A stretch of DNA of 64,000 nt from assembly GCA_965228855.1 (NCBI GenBank), contig CBDDIJ010000004.1, positions 118,138-182,137 on the forward strand, in the 5' to 3' direction. This document shows, one piece after another, positions 29,817 through 39,475 of this stretch. The position numbers and the translations under genes were made by a program. Position 1 is the first letter of the stretch, and each line of letters begins with the position of its first letter. The notes below the pieces were generated by a model. The model did not search any database. It was given only the letters and a program-made list of their open reading frames with translations, and was not told where the DNA came from. The DNA is from Candidatus Obscuribacterales bacterium. GTDB lineage: Bacteria; Cyanobacteriota; Vampirovibrionia; Obscuribacterales; Obscuribacteraceae.

Positions 29817-31518
29817 CGTCCGCGCCTCGATCACCATCGTCGTGGCGGCGGTCGCCGCCGCGCTGGCGATCATCGGCCTGCTGTCTTCCTACTGGGTGTT
29901 CCTGTTCACTTCGGTGCTGATCACCGGCGTGGCGCTGCAGAGCCTCGGCCTCGTGGCCGGCCGCACCGGCATGATCGCGCTCTGCCAGATGTCGTTCGCC
30001 GGCGTCGGGGCATGGACGGTCGGTTACCTCAACGTCGCCGGCGCGCCGGGCGGATTGCCGGTCTGGATCATCCTCGGCGGTCTCGCGGCGGTACCGTTCG
30101 GCGTCGCCATCGGCCTGCCGGCGCTGAGGCTGCGCGGCATCAACCTGGCGATCGTCACGCTGTCCTTCGCCACCGCCTTCGACGGCATACTGGCGACGAT
30201 GACGTTCCCTGGCCAGACCGCATTCCTGCAGGTGCCGCGTCCGGAGATGTTCAACAGCGACGAGGGCTACTTCGTCTTCGCGCTGATCTTCTACGTGGTG
30301 ATCGCGGTGGCGCTGGAGTTCATCTCCCGCTCGCGGCTCGGCGCCTCCTGGCTGGCGGTTCGCCACTCCGAACGCGCCGCCGCGGCGCATGGCGTCAGCA
30401 TCGCCAAGGCCAAGCTCTCGGCCTTCGCCATCAGCGCCTTCATCGCCGGCCTCTCGGGCGGCCTGCTTGCCGGCTATCTCGGCACGCTGGTCTCCGAGAA
30501 CTTCTCGATGATGCAGTCGCTGGCGCTGTTCGCGGTCGCCATCATGGCCGGGGCGCACTACGCCCAGGGCGCCATCATCGGCGGCCTGCTGATCACCATG
30601 TTCCCGGAGATATTGCGCCGGCTCGACCTCGCGCAGGACATCGGCAACGTGCTGTTCGCCATCGGCGCCACCCAGGCGCTGTCGACCGGCGAGACGATGA
30701 GCGAGACCTTCCGCAGGCTGTTTCGCAAGCTGACGCCGGCGCGCAAGGTGCAGGCCGTCGACGCACCGAAGGACGGCCTGCCGGCGGCAGTGATACGGGC
30801 CAAGGGTGCGGCGCTGTCGATCGACAACCTCACCGTCCGGTACGGCAGCGTCGTGGCGCTCGACACTGTCAGCCTGACCATCCCGACCGGCACCGTTGCC
30901 GGGTTGATCGGCCCGAACGGCGCCGGCAAGTCGACCTTCATCGACGCGGTCACCGGCTTCCTCGCCAGCTACGAGGGCAGCGTGAAGCTGTACGGCCAGC
31001 CGCTGGAAGGCCGCGCGGCGCACCGCCGCGCCCGCGACGGCGTACGCCGCTCCTGGCAGACCAACCGCATCGCGCCGGAGCTCACCGTCGGCGAATATCT
31101 CAACCTCGCCGCCAGCGGCCTCTCGGAGGCGGAAGTCAAGGCGATGCTTTCCTGGCTCGACTGCCCCCATCCCGACACCCCGGTGGCGTCCGTGGATGCG
31201 GGCACGCGGCGCCTGCTCGACGTGGCGGGCGTCGTGGCCGCGCGGCCGGCCGTCGTCCTCCTCGACGAGCCGGCCGCCGGTCAGTCCTTCGAGGAGACGT
31301 TGCGCCTTGGTCGGCGCATTGCGGAAATCCCCGCCCTGTTCGGCTCGGCGGTGCTGCTGGTCGAGCACGACATGGACCTGGTCCGCGCCGCCTGCTCGGA
31401 GGTGACGGTTCTGGATTTCGGCCGCGTCATCGCGTCGGGTCCTCCGGCGAAGGTGCTCGAGCAGAAGGCGGTGAAGAAGGCCTATCTCGGCATCGAGGAA
31501 GAGAGCGTGGCGGCATGA
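29803..31518 (+). CDS. Fused ABC permease-ATPase
   Basis: LivM-like TM domain plus GPNGAGKST, LLDEP, VEHD. Confidence 0.9.
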   Translation: MKHASVRASITIVVAAVAAALAIIGLLSSYWVFLFTSVLITGVALQSLGLVAGRTGMIALCQMSFAGVGAWTVGYLNVAGAPGGLPVWIILGGLAAVPFGVAIGLPALRLRGINLAIVTLSFATAFDGILATMTFPGQTAFLQVPRPEMFNSDEGYFVFALIFYVVIAVALEFISRSRLGASWLAVRHSERAAAAHGVSIAKAKLSAFAISAFIAGLSGGLLAGYLGTLVSENFSMMQSLALFAVAIMAGAHYAQGAIIGGLLITMFPEILRRLDLAQDIGNVLFAIGATQALSTGETMSETFRRLFRKLTPARKVQAVDAPKDGLPAAVIRAKGAALSIDNLTVRYGSVVALDTVSLTIPTGTVAGLIGPNGAGKSTFIDAVTGFLASYEGSVKLYGQPLEGRAAHRRARDGVRRSWQTNRIAPELTVGEYLNLAASGLSEAEVKAMLSWLDCPHPDTPVASVDAGTRRLLDVAGVVAARPAVVLLDEPAAGQSFEETLRLGRRIAEIPALFGSAVLLVEHDMDLVRAACSEVTVLDFGRVIASGPPAKVLEQKAVKKAYLGIEEESVAA

Positions 31519-32213
31519 GCAGGCTTCTCGTCTCCGACCTCGCGGTGAACCGCGCCGAACTGCCGGTCATCACCAAAGCCGGCCTCGTCGTGGAAAGCGG
31601 ACAGGTGAGCGTGGTGCTCGGCTCCAACGGCGCCGGAAAGACCACCCTTCTCGAAGGGCTCTCCGGCGTGATCCCCGTCGCGGCGGGCAGGATCGCCATC
31701 GACGGCGCCGAGATCCAGAAGGCGCGCCCCGGGATACGCGCGCGCGCCGGGCTCGCGCATGTCGAGCAGGGGCGCACCGTGTTCCGCCAGCTGTCGACGG
31801 AGGAGAACCTGCGGGTCGGCCTGCATCCGGAGGCGACGCTCGCCGAGGCCTACGATCTTTTCCCCGAGCTGGTGCAGCGCAAGGATGTCCGCGCCGGTCT
31901 TCTCTCTGGTGGCGAGCAGCAGATGCTGGTCATTGCCCGGGCGCTGCTCGGCCGGCCCAAGGTGCTGCTGATCGACGAGATGTCTGCGGGCCTGGCGCCC
32001 GTCATCGTCACCCGCCTGATGAACGCCGTGCGGCGGCTGGCCGATGCCGGGCTCGCCGTGCTGCTGGTCGAGCAGTTCGCCGCGCTCGCCCTGTCGATCG
32101 GCGACCGCGCCTACGTCATGCGCCGCGGCCGCATGGTCTATGACGGCGACTGCGCGACGCTGCGCAACGCGCCCGACGAGCTGCACGGGCTCTATCTCGG
32201 CGGTTCGGCTTAG
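31515..32213 (+). CDS. ABC ATPase (LivF-like)
   Basis: GSNGAGKTT, LSGGEQQML, LIDE. Confidence 0.9.
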   Translation: MSRLLVSDLAVNRAELPVITKAGLVVESGQVSVVLGSNGAGKTTLLEGLSGVIPVAAGRIAIDGAEIQKARPGIRARAGLAHVEQGRTVFRQLSTEENLRVGLHPEATLAEAYDLFPELVQRKDVRAGLLSGGEQQMLVIARALLGRPKVLLIDEMSAGLAPVIVTRLMNAVRRLADAGLAVLLVEQFAALALSIGDRAYVMRRGRMVYDGDCATLRNAPDELHGLYLGGSA

Positions 32214-32298
32214 GTATTTCTCCGGTCTTGCCCTGGCGGCGGCAACGGGGCTAACCATACGCGCCCTCGTGGTGCGAATTCATGGAGCACAGCCGCCC

Positions 32299-33939
32299 TT
32301 GCTCGAACGGCGCGACACCTACACCGCCCTTTACCGCGATTTCCGCTGGCGCATACCGGAACGGTTCAACATCGGCACCGCCGTCAGCGATGTCTGGGCC
32401 GCGCGCGAACCCGAGCGCATTGCGCTGCTGGAGTACCGCGTTGATTCGGCCGCGCACCGGCTCAGCTTCGGTGAACTTTCGGCGCGGTCCAACTCCTTCG
32501 CCAATGCGCTGCGCAAGCTCGGCGTCCGGCGCGGCGACCGCGTCGCGCTGCTGCTGCCGCAATGTTTCGAGACGGCCGTCGCCCATGTCGCCATCTACAA
32601 GCTCGGCGCGATCGCCGTGCCGCTGGCGCTGCTGTTCGGCATCGAGGCGATCGAATACCGCCTGCACACGGCCGGCGCGAAGGCGATCGTCACCAACGCG
32701 GCGGGCAGCGCCAAGCTGGCTAAAGTGAGCGGCCGGCTGCCCGAACTGGAGGTGGTCGTCTCCATAGACGGCGCAGCTGGTGACGGCCACGACTTCCATA
32801 AGCTGGTGGCCGACCAAGCTGGTGGTTTCACTGCCGAGGATACGCTGGCCGACGATCCGGCGATGATGATCTTCACGTCGGGCACGACAGGCCCGCCGAA
32901 AGGCGCCTTGCACGGGCATCGTGTGCTGCTCGGCCATCTGCCCGGCGTGCAGATGCATCATGAATTCCTGCCGCAGCCGGACGACCTGTTGTGGACGCCG
33001 GCCGACTGGGCATGGGCCGGCGGCCTGCTCAACGTGCTCCTCCCCGGCCTTTATCTCGGCGTGCCGGTCGTTGCCGGCCGGTTCGAGAAGTTCGACCCCG
33101 AAGCGGCGCTGGGGCTGGCCGAGAAGATGAAGGTGCGTAACGCGTTCATTCCGCCGACGGCGTTGCGCATGCTGAAAAGCGTGCCGGACATCAGCAAACG
33201 TTTCGCGCTATCCCTTCGCACCATAGGCTCGGGCGGCGAGTCGCTCGGGCGCGAGACGTTCGAGTGGGCCGAGGCGGAGCTCGGTCTCACCATCAACGAG
33301 TTCTACGGCCAGACCGAGTGCAACCTCGTGCTGTCGTCCTGCGCCGCGATCGGGGTCAGCCGCGCCGGCGCGATCGGCCTGCCGGTGCCAGGTCATACGG
33401 TCGGGGTCATCGACGAGGCCGGCCGCGTCGTGCCCGCCGGGGGAACCGGACAGATCGCCATCGCCCGGCCGGATCCGGTGATGTTCCTCGAATACTGGAA
33501 GAACCCGGAAGCCACGGCGAAGAAGTTCATCGGCGACTGGATGACCACCGGCGACCAGGGCACCACCGACGCCGACGGCTACGTGCATTTCTTCGGGCGC
33601 GACGACGATGTGATCACCTCGGCGGGTTTCCGCATCGGCCCGACCGAGATCGAGGATTGCCTGACCGGCCATCCGTCGATCGCGCTCGCCGCCGCCGTCG
33701 GCAAACCCGATCCGCTGCGCACCGAAATCGTCAAGGCCTATGTTGTGCTGAAGGATGGCGTCGAGGGCACGGCCGATCTCGCCGAGGAGATCAGGCTGTT
33801 CGTGCGCGAGCGGCTGTCGGCGCACGAATATCCGCGCGAGGTCGAGTTCGTCGATTCCATGCCGCTGACGACCACCGGCAAGGTCATCCGCCGCATTTTT
33901 CGCGACCGCGCGAAACGCGAGGTCGAAGGCGCGGCCTGA
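32299..33939 (+). CDS. Acyl-CoA synthetase (AMP-binding)
   Basis: FTSGTTGPPKG, YGQTE, TGD, TGKVIR; TTG start after GGAG. Confidence 0.9.
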   Translation: MLERRDTYTALYRDFRWRIPERFNIGTAVSDVWAAREPERIALLEYRVDSAAHRLSFGELSARSNSFANALRKLGVRRGDRVALLLPQCFETAVAHVAIYKLGAIAVPLALLFGIEAIEYRLHTAGAKAIVTNAAGSAKLAKVSGRLPELEVVVSIDGAAGDGHDFHKLVADQAGGFTAEDTLADDPAMMIFTSGTTGPPKGALHGHRVLLGHLPGVQMHHEFLPQPDDLLWTPADWAWAGGLLNVLLPGLYLGVPVVAGRFEKFDPEAALGLAEKMKVRNAFIPPTALRMLKSVPDISKRFALSLRTIGSGGESLGRETFEWAEAELGLTINEFYGQTECNLVLSSCAAIGVSRAGAIGLPVPGHTVGVIDEAGRVVPAGGTGQIAIARPDPVMFLEYWKNPEATAKKFIGDWMTTGDQGTTDADGYVHFFGRDDDVITSAGFRIGPTEIEDCLTGHPSIALAAAVGKPDPLRTEIVKAYVVLKDGVEGTADLAEEIRLFVRERLSAHEYPREVEFVDSMPLTTTGKVIRRIFRDRAKREVEGAA

Positions 33940-33960
33940 GCCTTCGCCAGTGCGGCTGTG

Positions 33961-35247
33961 TCAACGCCGCCGCAGCAGGTCGCGCACGCGATTGCGCAGG
34001 ATACGTGCCATGTTGCGCGTCTCGCGATAGAGATGCAGTTGCGATGCGGCCTGCCGGGTAGCGCGGTCGGCGTCCGGCGTCAGTCCGATAACCAGCGTCC
34101 CGATCGGCCGCCGCTCCGTCCAAAGACGGCTCATCACCGGGTGGTCGGGAACCGCGCAGCTGTCGGTGATCTCGATGTTGGGATCGTCGAGATGCTGTCT
34201 GGTGACTTCCAGCATCAGCAGTGTGCCCGGCGAGTACGCGGCCCAGGCTTCGTTATACGCGGTCTTCCAGGTATAGGCGACGCCGGCTTCGACGAACACG
34301 ATCAGGCAGGCGATCACCTTGCCGTCGAGGGTCAGCGTGTGAACCCGGCAGAGGTCCTGTTCGGCGAGGCGGTGCACCGCCTCCCGCGCGAACGCCGCGC
34401 GGAAGCGGTCGACCGCCATGGCGGTGCGCTCCCGGCCCTTCCAGCCGGCCGCTTCGAGCGTCAGGAAGGCCTCGACGCCGAGCCGGATCTCGTCGGGAGC
34501 CCGCGCGACCTTGTGCTCGACCGCGCCGTGGTCGGCGAGGCGGCGCGCGAGGCGCCGGTATTCGCGCAGATGGTGCGAGCGCAACGAGGCCTTGAGGTAT
34601 TCCTCGCCGTCGAGATCGCTCTGCAGGAACGGTCGTTCGGTTTCGCCGGTCGATACCAGTGGCAGGCCGCGCGTCTCGGCGACGCGGCGCAGCAGGCTGG
34701 CGACCGCGCCGTCGAGCCGCATGTCGGGCAGCACCAGCACCTTCGGCAGCTTGAGATGCGGCCGCGACAGCATGGCGAAGAAATCCTCGAGAACGCTTTC
34801 CGGGTTGTCGCGGTCGAGCAGCGGCGTACCCAGCGGTCCGAACGGGCTCGACCAGGTGCGCATGATCGAGACCCCGAGCGGCACGGCTGGCCTCTCGATC
34901 GAGAACGGCACCAGCAGGCGCAGCCGGTTCTTGTACTCGTCGCCGTCGCGGATAACCGCGAGGCGCACCTCACGATCCTCCAGCCGGGGCATGGCCGGCG
35001 CCAGGAAACGCGGATTGAAGAACACGTTGGGCTCGATCGTGCGGGCGCACAGATGGTCGAGCTCCTCGACCAGGTCGAAACCTGCCGACGCCGGATAGAT
35101 CGCCAGCCGCCGCGGTGGCCGGTTGGTTTCGAGGATCTCGACATGCGCGAGATTGGCCGGTTCGCCCGAAACGCCGGCAAGGCCCGCGATCATCGCGCCG
35201 GCCGGGCTGCTCGAGGTTTCCTCAAGGATTGGAATAGCGACCATCAC
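33961..35247 (-). CDS. GNAT (CelD/BcsL-like) acyltransferase
   Basis: LEAAGWKG, KTAYNE...SPGTLL. Confidence 0.8.
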   Translation of the reverse strand: MMVAIPILEETSSSPAGAMIAGLAGVSGEPANLAHVEILETNRPPRRLAIYPASAGFDLVEELDHLCARTIEPNVFFNPRFLAPAMPRLEDREVRLAVIRDGDEYKNRLRLLVPFSIERPAVPLGVSIMRTWSSPFGPLGTPLLDRDNPESVLEDFFAMLSRPHLKLPKVLVLPDMRLDGAVASLLRRVAETRGLPLVSTGETERPFLQSDLDGEEYLKASLRSHHLREYRRLARRLADHGAVEHKVARAPDEIRLGVEAFLTLEAAGWKGRERTAMAVDRFRAAFAREAVHRLAEQDLCRVHTLTLDGKVIACLIVFVEAGVAYTWKTAYNEAWAAYSPGTLLMLEVTRQHLDDPNIEITDSCAVPDHPVMSRLWTERRPIGTLVIGLTPDADRATRQAASQLHLYRETRNMARILRNRVRDLLRRR

Positions 35248-36653
35248 GCAGCCTCATGCTTTGAACTGGCGGGAAGGAAAATCACCATCACGATGCCGAG
35301 CTTGCGCCAGACGGTGAAGGAGAGGGCAGCCGCCTCGAAGATCATCGCGGTCGCCGTGGCGATCGCAGCGCCCCACAGGCCGAATTGCGGGATCAGCACG
35401 ACGCTCAGCCCGATGTTGAGCGCCAGCGTCAGTGCGTAGACTGCGGCGCAGACGTTCTGGTGCCCGCTCATCGTCAGCAGGCTTTCGGCCGGGCCCACCG
35501 CGGCGCGCGCGACGACGCCGCCGACGAGTACGAACAACAGCGGGTAACCAGCATCGAAACCCGGGCCGAACAGCATCAGCATCGGCTTGCCGAGAGCGAG
35601 CACGACCATCGCCATGAGAAGCGACGGCCAGAAGGTCCACGAGACGGTGTCGCGTGCAAAAGCAGCCAGCCTGCCGCGATCGCTGTGGGTGAACTGGGCA
35701 TAACGCTGCGCCACGCCGGTCTTCACCGCGAAATAGACAAAATGCACCAGCGCCAGCGTCTTCACCGTGGCGAAGTAGACGGCGACGTCGTCGGGCCGCA
35801 TGAAATAGCCGACCATCAGCACGTCGGCATTGGTCAACAGGAAGAAGAAGCTTTCGACCAGGAAGATCGGCAGCGACACGGCGAACCACTGACGGAACAG
35901 CACCGTCCTGGGGCCGGCCGGCAGCTTCATGTCGACCTTGGCCGTGACGGTGACGAGCTGGGCGATTGTCGTGAGGTAGGTCGCGGCAATCGCTGCAATG
36001 ATCGCCGTCTGCGCGCAGGCATCGTAGCCGGCGAGCAACGCGCCTCCCATGAAGGCCAGGATCAGTAGCGGACGGGTGATGTAGACCGGCGCCAGCGCGG
36101 ATATCGCCCAGGAATTGGCCCGCGAGATGCCCTGCAGCATGTCGGACAGCGCGATCATCGGCAGGCAGATCATGCCGAGGATGAACGGCACGACGTAGTA
36201 GCTTTCGAGGCTGGGCGCGAACAGCCATACCCCGGCGATGCCAAGTGCAGCGACGGTCGTCGACGCGAACAGCACGAACAGGCGGCCGGTGATCAGGATG
36301 CCGCGCAGCTCGGACAACATCTGCTTTTCCCGGTATTCGGGGATGAAACGGATGACCGACGTATGGAAGCCGAGGCAGGACAGGTTCCCGATGATGATCA
36401 TCGTCGTCCACACCAGCACGAAGATGCCGTATTCGAAGCTGCCCATCCAGCGGGCGAGCAGCACCTGGCTGACGAAGGCGATGACGGCGTTGACGATGCG
36501 GATCGAGAAGGCGATCAGCGACATGCGGCCGGCCTGGCCGCGTTCGTCCGAGGTAAAAAGCAGGGCGTCGACACGATCGAGCAGCGGCCGTGCGCTGCGC
36601 GCCAGGCCTTGCGGCAGAAGCCGTTCCGCCGTTGTCGCTGCGGAAAAGCGCAC
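35244..36653 (-). CDS. Polysaccharide flippase (Wzx/MOP family)
   Basis: LARWMGSFEYG, 12-14 TM, LIPQFGLWGAAIA. Confidence 0.85.
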   Translation of the reverse strand: MRFSAATTAERLLPQGLARSARPLLDRVDALLFTSDERGQAGRMSLIAFSIRIVNAVIAFVSQVLLARWMGSFEYGIFVLVWTTMIIIGNLSCLGFHTSVIRFIPEYREKQMLSELRGILITGRLFVLFASTTVAALGIAGVWLFAPSLESYYVVPFILGMICLPMIALSDMLQGISRANSWAISALAPVYITRPLLILAFMGGALLAGYDACAQTAIIAAIAATYLTTIAQLVTVTAKVDMKLPAGPRTVLFRQWFAVSLPIFLVESFFFLLTNADVLMVGYFMRPDDVAVYFATVKTLALVHFVYFAVKTGVAQRYAQFTHSDRGRLAAFARDTVSWTFWPSLLMAMVVLALGKPMLMLFGPGFDAGYPLLFVLVGGVVARAAVGPAESLLTMSGHQNVCAAVYALTLALNIGLSVVLIPQFGLWGAAIATATAMIFEAAALSFTVWRKLGIVMVIFLPASSKHEAA

Positions 36654-36803
36654 GCTCTACTCTCCGGTTTCGATCGCAGTGGCCCCATCCTTAGCGGGAG
36701 AGTCTTTAAAAACGGTTGGGTAAGCGGATTCGGGCGTGGAACGGCGGAATGGCGAGCGGCGTGCCGGCAGGCACGATGACGTGGCGTCGAAGAAGTCCGG
36801 TAG

Positions 36804-37715
36804 CTAGAGCGGCAGCGTCGCACTGAAGAGGCCGGCTGGTTTTGCCGGATCGTCGGCATCGGTGACCAGCGTCAAGCGCAGGACATCGCGGTCACGCATG
36901 GCGGCGATGCCTTCCACTTTCACCATCGGGTGGAGCGTTTCGACGCGACGCACCGTGACCGCCGCGTCGATGATGCCGACGACGGCGCCGGCCAGCGGAC
37001 CGTCATCATAGGCGTTGCCGGTGTTCTCGGCGACGGCCGAAAACACCATCATGCCGTCGACGACGGTCGCGTCGGTGAAAGCCAGCGGCACGCCGGCGAC
37101 GGTTCCGAGGTCGACGATCCGGATGGTCGCCGGAGGCGCCGGTTTGGCCGGACCAGCGTGCAGCGTTGCGAGGGCGTCTTCGAGCGGGAATGAAATGACG
37201 GCGTTGACCGGATTGCCGGCATTGCCCCGCTGGAACAGCAGCAGCCTGCCATCCAGCACTACAGCGCCCTCAATGTTGAGTTCGGCGAAATCGTTCGCGA
37301 AAGGCTGGTAGAGTGCGGAAATATCAACGGGCCTCGCCAACTGGGCCGCACCGTCGCGGCTGAGCTCGATCAGAGCGCCGCGCAGGCGATTGGGACGCGA
37401 GCCGGAGCCGAGGGCGAGCAGCGCCCCATGGACGCGCCCTTCCGCCGGCGGCAGAGCGACCAGTGTCTCGAAATCCGGTTTTGCCTTCTTGCGGTCGGCT
37501 GCCTTGCGCGGCAGCGTGCCGGGAACCAGGCGAAACAGCCGGCCGGGCGACGCGTCGCCGATGCGAAACGTCGCGAGCGACAGGTCATCGTCGGCGATCA
37601 CGTGCAGGAAATCGCCGATGCGCACCAGCCCGCTCGCGGCGCTGACATATCCCGCCGCGTTCGCGCCTTCGCCGGCCGCGACATCCAGGTCGCGGATGTG
37701 TTCGAGCTTGATCAT
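36804..37715 (-). CDS. Conserved hypothetical protein (DUF6929-like, probable beta-propeller)
   Basis: SAASGL, IADD, KPDFE, NIEGA, KVEGI, VTDAD repeats. Confidence 0.7.
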   Translation of the reverse strand: MIKLEHIRDLDVAAGEGANAAGYVSAASGLVRIGDFLHVIADDDLSLATFRIGDASPGRLFRLVPGTLPRKAADRKKAKPDFETLVALPPAEGRVHGALLALGSGSRPNRLRGALIELSRDGAAQLARPVDISALYQPFANDFAELNIEGAVVLDGRLLLFQRGNAGNPVNAVISFPLEDALATLHAGPAKPAPPATIRIVDLGTVAGVPLAFTDATVVDGMMVFSAVAENTGNAYDDGPLAGAVVGIIDAAVTVRRVETLHPMVKVEGIAAMRDRDVLRLTLVTDADDPAKPAGLFSATLPL

Positions 37716-37766
37716 CCCCAGCCTGTCTATCAGATGCCGGAGCCGTGCGCTCGTGGCGTCGTTCCG

Positions 37767-37991
37767 CTACCTGCCGGCCGTCAGCTTTTCCAGGTCGGCG
37801 ATGGTATCCAGCCGGGAGATGTCGAAATCGGCGTCCGCGAGATCGATGGCGAATTCCTTCTCGAGGATCACCATGATCTCGACGGCCGCCAGGGAATCGA
37901 GGCGGCCGCTGGTGAACAGCGGATCGTGGTCGCCCGCCATCGGCTGGCCCCGGTCGCGCAGGAGGTTCGAGATGATGTCGCGTAGGGTCAT
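37767..37991 (-). CDS. Acyl/aminoacyl carrier protein (DltC-like)
   Basis: 74 aa acidic protein, LFTSGRLDSL phosphopantetheine site; ATGA-coupled to the MBOAT gene. Confidence 0.9.
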   Translation of the reverse strand: MTLRDIISNLLRDRGQPMAGDHDPLFTSGRLDSLAAVEIMVILEKEFAIDLADADFDISRLDTIADLEKLTAGR

Positions 37992-39475
37992 ATGGGTATC
38001 CCAACCAGGCTGAGCGCGAAGGAGAACCGCTCGGCGAGCGAACCCTCGCCGCTGAGGTCGTCGAAAATCTTGAGCAGGCAGAAGAAGCCGATCACGCCTA
38101 GCCGCGGCCGCACCTGATAGGCGAAAAACCCGTGTTCCGGCAAAGGCTTGCGGCCGCGCCGCTGGGAAATGATCAGGCCGGCAGCGAGCAGCATCGAGTA
38201 GACCGCCGCGGACTGGAACACCGCCAGCGCTTCGAGCCAGGGCTTGGTGGCGAAGACGTGGGTCTCGCGCATGAAATGGAACAGGAAGTTGCCCAGTCCT
38301 GCCGCGCACAAGGTAGCGAAGGCGATGCGCAGCTTGATGTTGGTGCGGAAGAAACGGACGAACGCCGGATAGAAGAAAAAGTCGACCAGCATCTCCTTGA
38401 AATAGAAGAAATACCGGTTCCAGAATTCCGCGATCGAGCGCGACGCGAGCGGGTTGAAGGTGTTGCGCGGAATGCGGTAGCCCAGCATGCGCACCGCGGC
38501 GACGATCAGGTGGCCCCAGACCGAAATCGCCAGCAGGTCGACGACGAAGTTGGCGACCAGGCTTGCCCAGCCGTGCAGGCTGCCACGACCATAGCCTGCC
38601 GCATGGGCGATTACCGCGTCGGTGATCGGGAGCAGCCCAATATCGGTGTAGAACACCCGGTCGGCAGCCGCCCACACGATCGCCAGGATGAGTCCCCAGA
38701 CGGCGAGCTTCACCGCTTTCAGGCGCGTCGCCGCCAGTTCCTCGGGGGTCCGGGCGTCGAACTTGGAGAGATAGCCCCAGCTCTTGCCGATCCCTTCCGC
38801 CCCGCCGCCCCAGAACGGCCGGATCATGGCAGCGCGGGCATTGTCGGGTATGCGGACACCTGCCTTCTGGTCGTTTGCGACATAGGCGAGCATCCACATC
38901 GAGGATACGCCAACGCCAGCCATCGTCCACAGCAGCAGGCCACCCAGCGACGCCGCCGGAACGGCGAGGGCCGACGCGAACAGGGCAAACCACAGAAGAA
39001 TGAGGGCGAGCAGCGGCCGTCTGGAAAAGAAGGCGGCCGGCACCGTGCGCTGGAGTGCGAGGAAAGCCATCGCGAACAGCAGGAAGGCAGCCGCAGCGGC
39101 AGACTGCACCATATCGCCGTGCAGGGCGTTCGCAGCGGCGAAATCGCCGGTCAGCGTGGCCCATTCGGCGGTCCGGTAGGGCCTGGCGATGAAGAACAGC
39201 GCGGAGGCAGCCGAAACGATGGCCATCCGGCGTTGTGGCCAGAGCACGACGCCAAGCAGCGCCGCGCCGATCAGCGCCAGATGCGGCGCCGAGACCTGCA
39301 GGCTCGCCGCGCAGGCCAGCATGAAGGCGCCCCACGCGCACAGCGCGCCGGTCCGCGTCGCGACGAACGCCACCGCCGCCGGGTTGCGGTCGATCGCCAG
39401 CCAGGCTTCGCGCAGGTGGAGCGCGCGCCGCAGCAGTCCCGGTGGGCGCAAGGTGTATGGCGCTGTGATGCTCAT
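37988..39475 (-). CDS. MBOAT-family membrane acyltransferase (DltB-like)
   Basis: GYRIPRNTFNPLASRSIAEFWNRY...DFFFYP and catalytic His in FLFHF. Confidence 0.8.
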   Translation of the reverse strand: MSITAPYTLRPPGLLRRALHLREAWLAIDRNPAAVAFVATRTGALCAWGAFMLACAASLQVSAPHLALIGAALLGVVLWPQRRMAIVSAASALFFIARPYRTAEWATLTGDFAAANALHGDMVQSAAAAAFLLFAMAFLALQRTVPAAFFSRRPLLALILLWFALFASALAVPAASLGGLLLWTMAGVGVSSMWMLAYVANDQKAGVRIPDNARAAMIRPFWGGGAEGIGKSWGYLSKFDARTPEELAATRLKAVKLAVWGLILAIVWAAADRVFYTDIGLLPITDAVIAHAAGYGRGSLHGWASLVANFVVDLLAISVWGHLIVAAVRMLGYRIPRNTFNPLASRSIAEFWNRYFFYFKEMLVDFFFYPAFVRFFRTNIKLRIAFATLCAAGLGNFLFHFMRETHVFATKPWLEALAVFQSAAVYSMLLAAGLIISQRRGRKPLPEHGFFAYQVRPRLGVIGFFCLLKIFDDLSGEGSLAERFSFALSLVGIPI